Assembly (NCBI GenBank): GCA_035495295.1
Contig: DATJGE010000103.1
Coordinates: forward strand, 8,468-72,467
From: Nitrospira sp.
GTDB taxonomy: Bacteria > Nitrospirota > Nitrospiria > Nitrospirales > Nitrospiraceae
Reading direction: 5' to 3'
Length of the DNA: 64,000 nt
Shown piece by piece: positions 58,297-64,000 of this stretch. The notes under the pieces are model-generated. The model saw nothing but the letters and a program-made list of their open reading frames with translations. It was not told the DNA's origin and ran no database searches. The translations under genes and the position numbers were made by a program. Each line of letters opens with the position of its first letter. The first letter of the stretch is position 1.

Positions 58297-58545
58297 TCAC
58301 GAGCCGACAGCGACGGCGGAGCCGGCTTGACGGGAAGCAGTGGGGTTGGTTTCCGCCGCCCGACACTTCTTGCAGATCCGCGGCCTGGCCTTGAGGAACG
58401 AAAACTTTCCGCTCGCGAGACAACTGTAATGTATGAATTCGTCGCACACCGTGCAACGCGACCAGCCGCCGCGGAACATCGTTTTGTCGCGATAGAGCCC
58501 CTGCTTGCAGACTGTGCAATGACGCGGCTCGATCGGAAGCAGCAT
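58297..58545 (-). CDS. stand-alone C4HC3 (PHD-finger-like) zinc-binding protein
   Basis: CTVC-x17-CTVC-x4-H-x2-C-x15-CKKC. Confidence 0.7.
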   Translation of the reverse strand: MLLPIEPRHCTVCKQGLYRDKTMFRGGWSRCTVCDEFIHYSCLASGKFSFLKARPRICKKCRAAETNPTASRQAGSAVAVGS

Positions 58546-58825
58546 CGGCTCCCAGTCCCCGCCCGCTTTTCGAATGCTCATGGTCGGGCAGTATAACGAG
58601 CCATTCGGTTTAAAAACAAGGAGCGCTTGGCAGAGACGGAGCAATTTCGCCGGAGGAGCCGTTAATCGCTGATCGCGACTTGCCGAGGAAGGACAGCCAA
58701 GCAGCGAAAGTCTATGCGGCGTAACCGCCGGAGCAAGGGACCAGCGTCCCGCCTGTTTGACTCCACCTGGACCGTTTGTTACTCTCCGCCGGGTTTTCCG
58801 GTTCTACCGCAAGGACCTCTTTTTC

Positions 58826-59716
58826 ATGGACATTACCGAGTACCTCGAGCAAAAACGTCTCGACGTCGACCGCTTCCTGGACGAAGTGACACCCTCGACA
58901 GCCACGCCCCCTTCCACCCTTCATGAAAGCATGCGGTACAGCCTGCTCGCGGGAGGCAAACGTGTCAGACCGATCCTTGCCATTGCAGCGGCCGAAGCGG
59001 TGGGCACTTCCCCGCCCGGTCTCATGGCCGTGGCCTGCTCGGTAGAACTCATTCATACGTATTCACTGATTCACGATGACCTGCCTGCTATGGACAATGA
59101 TGATTTCCGACGCGGTAAGCCCACGAATCACAAAGTCTACGGGGAGGCGATGGCCATCCTCACCGGTGATGCGCTCCTGACGATGGCTTTCGACTTGATC
59201 AGCCGACCTGATTTGATGAAAGGCTGCGACTCAGGACGCCAGGTGCGTGTTCTTCAGGAGTTGGCATTCGGAGCAGGTCATATGGGGATGGTCGGCGGAC
59301 AGGTATTCGACATTCAGGCTGAGCACAAGGACATCGATTTGGCCGCCCTTCAGAACATTCATAAGCACAAGACTGGCATGCTCATCCGGGCCGCCGTCCG
59401 AATGGGGGCGATTGCCGGCGGCGCGAATGACCGGCAGTTGGACGACATGACCGGCTATGCCGAAGACGTCGGGCTCGCGTTTCAAATCGCCGACGATGTG
59501 CTGAATGTGACGGGCACCCGCGAGGAGCTCGGCAAGAACCCGAACACCGACGCGGAACGCGGCAAGAAGACCTATCCGGCCTTCTATGGCGTCGAGGGAG
59601 CCAAACGGCTGGCGGATGACTGTATAGATCGTGCGATTGCGCGCCTCGCCTCCTTCGGCGCTTCCGCCGATCCGCTGCGGCAGCTGGCCCGATTCATCAC
59701 GGCACGAAAACATTAA
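58826..59716 (+). CDS. ispA: farnesyl/geranylgeranyl diphosphate synthase
   Basis: GGKRVRP, HDDLPAMDNDDFRRG, KT and FQIADD; promoter-like TTGACT-N17-TACTCT at 58757-58785. Confidence 0.93.
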   Translation: MDITEYLEQKRLDVDRFLDEVTPSTATPPSTLHESMRYSLLAGGKRVRPILAIAAAEAVGTSPPGLMAVACSVELIHTYSLIHDDLPAMDNDDFRRGKPTNHKVYGEAMAILTGDALLTMAFDLISRPDLMKGCDSGRQVRVLQELAFGAGHMGMVGGQVFDIQAEHKDIDLAALQNIHKHKTGMLIRAAVRMGAIAGGANDRQLDDMTGYAEDVGLAFQIADDVLNVTGTREELGKNPNTDAERGKKTYPAFYGVEGAKRLADDCIDRAIARLASFGASADPLRQLARFITARKH

Positions 59717-59812
59717 GTAATGACTGATCAGTGACGTACGATGGCGAGCATGCATCATGCCTTGTGAAGAGTGCCCTCTCCAACCGGTTACGACTCACTC
59801 ATCACGCATCAC
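59717..59812. repeat. inverted heptamer-array intergenic element, copy 2
   Basis: GTAATGA CTGATCA GTGACGT ... CGGTTAC GACTCAC TCATCAC GCATCAC. Confidence 0.6.
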
Positions 59813-59818
59813 GTCCCT

Positions 59819-60802
59819 ATGAAAGTGTTCGTCACCGGCGCGACCGGTTTTGTCGGTGGCGCGGTCGCCCGTGCCCTTGTCAAAGCCGGTGCCGACGTTC
59901 GCGTTCTCGTCCGGTCGAAATCGGATGCTCAGCATCTCTCGGCATTGCCGGTCGAACGCGTGGAGGGCGATCTTCTTCATCCCGCCTCCCTCCGTACGGC
60001 GCTCGAGGGCTGCCGGCAGCTCTACCATGTCGCGGCCTACTACGCCTTGTGGGCAAAGGATCCCGCCGTCTTTTATGACGTCAACGTGACCGGTACGCGG
60101 AACATGTTGACCGCTGCTCGCACAGCTGGCATCGAACGCACGGTGTACTGCAGCACGATCGGAGCGATCGGCTTGCCGCCAGGCGGTGGCCTCGGAACCG
60201 AAGAGACGCCCGTGTCGCTGGACCAGATGGCCGGCCATTACAAGCGATCGAAATATCTGGCTGAGCAGGAGGTGCTCAAACTCGCGCGCGAAGGACTGCC
60301 CGTCGTGATCGTGAATCCCAGCGCACCGGTCGGTGCCGGAGATGTGAAGCCCACGCCGACTGGACAAGTAATCGTCGACTTCATGAGGGGGCGCATGCCG
60401 GCCTATATTGAAACCGGCATGAACATCGTTGATGTGGATGACGTGGCGACAGGGCACCTGCTGGCCATGGCGAAAGGACGCCAGGGTGAGCGGTATATCC
60501 TGGGATGTAAGAATCTCATGCTCAAGGAGGTCTTTGACATTCTTAGCCGGTTGACCGGCGTCAAGGCCCCATCGCTGCAGCTTCCGCGTTCGCTCGTCCT
60601 GCCGCTCGCCTACATCAACCAGTGGATCGCCGACGTGACGGGACGGCCGCCGCGCATCCCCCTGGAAGGCGTCAAGATGGCCAAATATCGGATGCACTAC
60701 GATTGCAGCAAGGCGATTCGCGAGTTGGGCATTCCGCAGACGCCGCCCGAAACGGCACTCGAAAAGGCTGTACGCTGGTTTCGCGATCACCGCTACGCAT
60801 GA
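59819..60802 (+). CDS. hpnA: hopanoid-associated NAD-dependent epimerase/dehydratase
   Basis: TGATGFVG, HVAAYY, YKRSK and DVKPTPTG...GRMPAY motifs. Confidence 0.88.
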   Translation: MKVFVTGATGFVGGAVARALVKAGADVRVLVRSKSDAQHLSALPVERVEGDLLHPASLRTALEGCRQLYHVAAYYALWAKDPAVFYDVNVTGTRNMLTAARTAGIERTVYCSTIGAIGLPPGGGLGTEETPVSLDQMAGHYKRSKYLAEQEVLKLAREGLPVVIVNPSAPVGAGDVKPTPTGQVIVDFMRGRMPAYIETGMNIVDVDDVATGHLLAMAKGRQGERYILGCKNLMLKEVFDILSRLTGVKAPSLQLPRSLVLPLAYINQWIADVTGRPPRIPLEGVKMAKYRMHYDCSKAIRELGIPQTPPETALEKAVRWFRDHRYA

Positions 60803-60865
60803 TCCGACGCCTGTTGTGCTCCGTAGCAATCATCCTTCGGGAGTTTGTATAGTGAGGAACGGGCC

Positions 60866-61486
60866 ATGAAGGCGAAACTGCTCGGCGCAGTTGTCATTGT
60901 CATCCTTGTCAGCCTCAGCCTGTTCGGCTGGGTCGGCTACCAATTGTTCACCACAGGGTTCAGCGCGAAGACGGAACCGCATGCTCTGGAGGTGTTGATG
61001 GCACGGCAGATCCGCCATCTGGCCATTCCGATCGAAAAACGCAATGCCGCCAATCCGATCCCGCTGAGCGCAGAGGTGCTCAAGGAATCTCGAGGTCATT
61101 TTGCGGATCACTGCGCTATCTGCCATGGGAACGATGGAAGCGGGCAGACACCGATCGGGAAGAACGTGTACCCGAAGGCGCCCGATTTGCGGTTGACCGA
61201 GACGCAATCCATGTCCGACGGTGAGCTGTTTTGGGTCATTCACAACGGCATCCGGTTCACGGCCATGCCTGGTTGGGGCACCGGCGATCCGGAAAAGGAT
61301 CTCGATAGTTGGAGGTTGGTGCATTTTATCCGTCATTTGCCGCAACTCTCCCAAGAAGAATTGGACGAAATGAAAACGCTCAACCCAAAGACTGAGAAGG
61401 AACGCCTTGAGGAAGCGGCGTTCGATCAGTTCCTCCGGGGGGAGGATGCTGCGGCCACAAAGGCCGACGAAGGACATCATCACTAA
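60866..61486 (+). CDS. membrane-anchored monoheme cytochrome c
   Basis: CAICH, DGELFWVIHNGIRFTAMP; C-terminal GHHH. Confidence 0.92.
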   Translation: MKAKLLGAVVIVILVSLSLFGWVGYQLFTTGFSAKTEPHALEVLMARQIRHLAIPIEKRNAANPIPLSAEVLKESRGHFADHCAICHGNDGSGQTPIGKNVYPKAPDLRLTETQSMSDGELFWVIHNGIRFTAMPGWGTGDPEKDLDSWRLVHFIRHLPQLSQEELDEMKTLNPKTEKERLEEAAFDQFLRGEDAAATKADEGHHH

Positions 61487-61528
61487 TTCTCATCTTTATT
61501 CAGCGCGGATCAGGAAGGAGTACGACCC

Positions 61529-61888
61529 ATGTTGCATCGATTGGTTCTGACGGCATTTCTTCTGACTCTCAGTTCGCCCGCCTTTGCTCACGGAACAGGC
61601 CAACACGTATTGGGGACGGTCGTGGCGATCGACGCGAAGCATCTGGAAGTCAAAACCCAAAAAGGCACGACCGTCGAAGTGCAGATCAACAAGCAGACGC
61701 GTTTCAAGGAAAAGGATCACCCCAAAAGCGCGAATTTGCCCGAGGTAGGGGACCGCGTCGTGATTGAAGCGGTCAAGGACGAGAAGACCTTGACCGCAAC
61801 GGAAGTGCACTTTTCCTCGATGAAAAAAGCTGCGCCGCCCGCGCCGGCGCTGACCCAGCAGGCGCCCAACGCCGCTCCTGCTCATTAA
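61529..61888 (+). CDS. periplasmic OB-fold protein (CusF/DUF5666-like)
   Basis: Signal peptide AFA|HG, GTVVAID and VGDRVVIE. Confidence 0.75.
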   Translation: MLHRLVLTAFLLTLSSPAFAHGTGQHVLGTVVAIDAKHLEVKTQKGTTVEVQINKQTRFKEKDHPKSANLPEVGDRVVIEAVKDEKTLTATEVHFSSMKKAAPPAPALTQQAPNAAPAH

Positions 61889-61950
61889 GGAAGCTCGTGC
61901 GCATTGTCCATTATTCACAACAGACGGACGCGGCTCCGCTCGGCGGCGGC

Positions 61951-62355
61951 ATGCACGCGGCCTTTTTGCGCCTGCTCATTTCCGGCGTCGCAGTGTTTTT
62001 GGCCGTGGCCACCGTTCCTGGTCTCGAAGCGGAGAGCTTTGGTGCCGGCGTGGCCGCGGTGCTCGTGCTGACAGTCCTCAACTTATTGCTCCGTCCGCTT
62101 CTCTTGATCCTCACGCTGCCCCTGATCGTATTGTCGCTCGGACTTTTTCTGGTTGTTCTCAACGCCCTATTGCTGGAACTCACGGCCTATGTCGTGAAAG
62201 GTTTTACGGTCACCGGCTTTTGGCCCGCCGTGGGCGGTGCGCTCGTCATCAGCGTCGTCACCAGCATTCTCAATTTGTTGACGGGCGACTACCGCCAGGT
62301 GGGATTCCGCAAGACCGAACCGCGGCAACCGAAAATTATCAATCCGCCTGAATGA
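61951..62355 (+). CDS. phage holin family (YvlD-like) 4-TM membrane protein
   Basis: LRPLL.ILTLP...LGLF..VLNA and GF.V.GFWPA..GAL. Confidence 0.85.
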   Translation: MHAAFLRLLISGVAVFLAVATVPGLEAESFGAGVAAVLVLTVLNLLLRPLLLILTLPLIVLSLGLFLVVLNALLLELTAYVVKGFTVTGFWPAVGGALVISVVTSILNLLTGDYRQVGFRKTEPRQPKIINPPE

Positions 62356-62496
62356 AGGTTCTTTGGCGAAGCGCGCGCAATTTTCACCCGCCATCGCCCG
62401 GTTGCTTCGCAATCCAGTCGCCGTGACGCGCGCTTTTCCCTGGCATTGCCGCGGGCTCATTGCTACAATGCCGCACTTTTACATGACTAACGCGTG

Positions 62497-64000
62497 ATGA
62501 CACTGACGACTGTGCACGGCAAACCGCCTGCCGAGACCCAACTCCAACGGACGCTCACTTCAGTCCTGAATGATTTGCCGGTCGATTCGGCCTTGGCGGC
62601 AATCTTTCACAGGGAAAACGGTCCTCTCGTCAGCCATGCCGCGCGCGGATTCACCCCCCGCGACGTGCAAGCCATTCTTCGAACCTTGTCGGCGCCCGTG
62701 CTCACCGTGAGCGCGCAGGATCAAGACGGAAGCCGCAGCATGCGCCTGCGCATGGTAACCCCCGGCGCGAAGTCCCTCCTGGGAGTCCCTCTTAAATATC
62801 GGAACCGGACGTACGGCTTCCTAGTCATCGGCCGCAAGGAAAGCGCCGCCTTCACCAAGAAGGAACGCGGTCTCATGGACCAGGCCAGCGATGAGGTGAC
62901 GAAAGCGCTGGACCGAGACAAACTTTTTGATCTGAACGTCGTGCTCAGCCGTCCGTTGGTCGGCCAGGAACCGGCCGCAGCCGCCTCTCCCTCTCCCCCT
63001 ATCTATACCCCGCCCGTTTCGCAGCTGACACCGCACCTGCAGGAACAGATCACCGCCGTCCTCACCGATGCGAACCAGACGGTCGCCTATGATCGCGCCT
63101 GGGTGTGCCACTATGACCCCATTGCGGGCAGCGTGGAAGTATTGGGAGTGGCGGGCGATCTTCGAGCCGACCATAAAGACGGCAAAAAGGAAATGAAACC
63201 CGGTCATCGCCTCGCGCTCGACGGCTCCGCAGCCGGCTGGTCAATTCGCCACCGCAAACCACGGGTGGACCATGATCTCGCATCGACTCAAGGCCGCTTT
63301 TTGGATCACAAGCAGCTCTTCAAAGACCGGTTTCAGTCGTCATTGGTCTTTCCGTTTTTTGTAAGAGGGCAAGTCGGCGGGACTGTGACACTGGCCTCGC
63401 GTGAAGCGGCGCGCTACCAACCGACCGATGCTCGCACACTCGAACCGCTGATTCTGAAGCTCGCAGACTTGCTTCAGGCTCCAACGCCGGCCCCGGCTGC
63501 TCCCCTGCCGGCTGTCGGTGACGACGGCGTGACCTCCGCGCCCGTCGAGGCGCCGTCTGCACCCTTGGAGCCCATGATCCGCAAACAGGAACGTCAAGCA
63601 GCGATTGGCGAGTTCAGCGCCTTCCTGGCGACCGAAGTCAGGGAACCGCTGGGCTCGATTCGCGCGCAATTGGAGGAAGTAACCGGCGAAGGGGTGCTCG
63701 ACTTTGATCCGCAAACGCGCGTCGAAAACGCCATGCGCGATCTGATTCGGGTCGAAGCCATTCTCAATGAAATCCTCGACTTTGCGAAACCTCTCGAATT
63801 GAATCGGCGTCTCGTCAGGATCCCGGAAGTCATTGAGAGCGCGCTCACCGTCGTCGCCACCGATCTCGAAGTCACACGCATCCATGTGACAAAGGAGTAT
63901 GCCCCAATCCTTCCTCCCGTGCGTGGCGATGAAGCCAAGCTACAACAAGTCTTTCTCAGCATCTTCAAGAACGCCTGTGAAGCGATGACCCCGGGCGGGC
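62497..64000 (+). CDS. GAF-GAF histidine-kinase-like protein, 3' truncated by the window
   Basis: Not in the ORF track. Open frame from ATG 62497 to the window end; two GAF-like domains, HisKA-like GEFSAFLATEVREPL, and N-box QVFLSIFKNACEAM. Confidence 0.88.
   Translation, partial: MTLTTVHGKPPAETQLQRTLTSVLNDLPVDSALAAIFHRENGPLVSHAARGFTPRDVQAILRTLSAPVLTVSAQDQDGSRSMRLRMVTPGAKSLLGVPLKYRNRTYGFLVIGRKESAAFTKKERGLMDQASDEVTKALDRDKLFDLNVVLSRPLVGQEPAAAASPSPPIYTPPVSQLTPHLQEQITAVLTDANQTVAYDRAWVCHYDPIAGSVEVLGVAGDLRADHKDGKKEMKPGHRLALDGSAAGWSIRHRKPRVDHDLASTQGRFLDHKQLFKDRFQSSLVFPFFVRGQVGGTVTLASREAARYQPTDARTLEPLILKLADLLQAPTPAPAAPLPAVGDDGVTSAPVEAPSAPLEPMIRKQERQAAIGEFSAFLATEVREPLGSIRAQLEEVTGEGVLDFDPQTRVENAMRDLIRVEAILNEILDFAKPLELNRRLVRIPEVIESALTVVATDLEVTRIHVTKEYAPILPPVRGDEAKLQQVFLSIFKNACEAMTPGG

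Noticed and set aside
61951-62355. 'Phage holin' as evidence of a prophage
   Set aside because: This YvlD-like family is commonly chromosomal, and no other phage genes are nearby.
62468-62497. 9-codon ORF MPHFYMTNA overlapping the kinase start
   Set aside because: Its ATG overlaps the putative TGcTACAAT -10 box, so it is probably not transcribed in full. No RBS.
1-64000. CRISPR arrays, tRNA/rRNA genes, transposases, integrases
   Set aside because: No regularly spaced repeat-spacer array, tRNA cloverleaf or recombinase motif was seen by eye. Dedicated scans (tRNAscan-SE, Infernal, CRISPR finders) were not run.

Overview
GC-rich bacterial chromosomal segment. Gene content and style suggest Nitrospira/Nitrospirota, which is an inference and not a database result. 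Positions 1-27.8 kb are almost entirely minus strand: rsmH-ftsL-ftsI-murEF-mraY-murD-ftsW-murGCB-ddl-ftsQAZ-pgeF-yggS-proC-yggT-divIVA, a serine hydrolase, a pgsA-like gene, pilC-pilS-pilR and a partial ispE. mraZ is absent although MraZ-type boxes remain at the operon promoter. Positions 28-36 kb hold asnS, a repeat protein, a BNR beta-propeller lipoprotein, yajQ, cstA and hsp20. Positions 37-45.5 kb hold an apparently complete phosphonate(-lipid) biosynthesis cluster: a PepM-like/nucleotidyltransferase fusion with a non-canonical catalytic loop, a split Ppd/ComDE-like decarboxylase, an AEP transaminase, a cytidylyltransferase, a CDP-alcohol phosphotransferase and a flippase-like protein. Five stand-alone PilZ genes flank it. 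Downstream are a TetR-RND efflux unit, SCP2, a speD-like gene, a run of uncharacterised genes including a stand-alone PHD-finger-like protein and a tandem Zn-module protein, ispA-hpnA, a cytochrome c with a periplasmic partner, and a truncated GAF-GAF kinase lacking its phosphoacceptor His. I recognised no rRNA, tRNA, CRISPR array or transposase. Small intergenic repeat or MITE-like elements are present.
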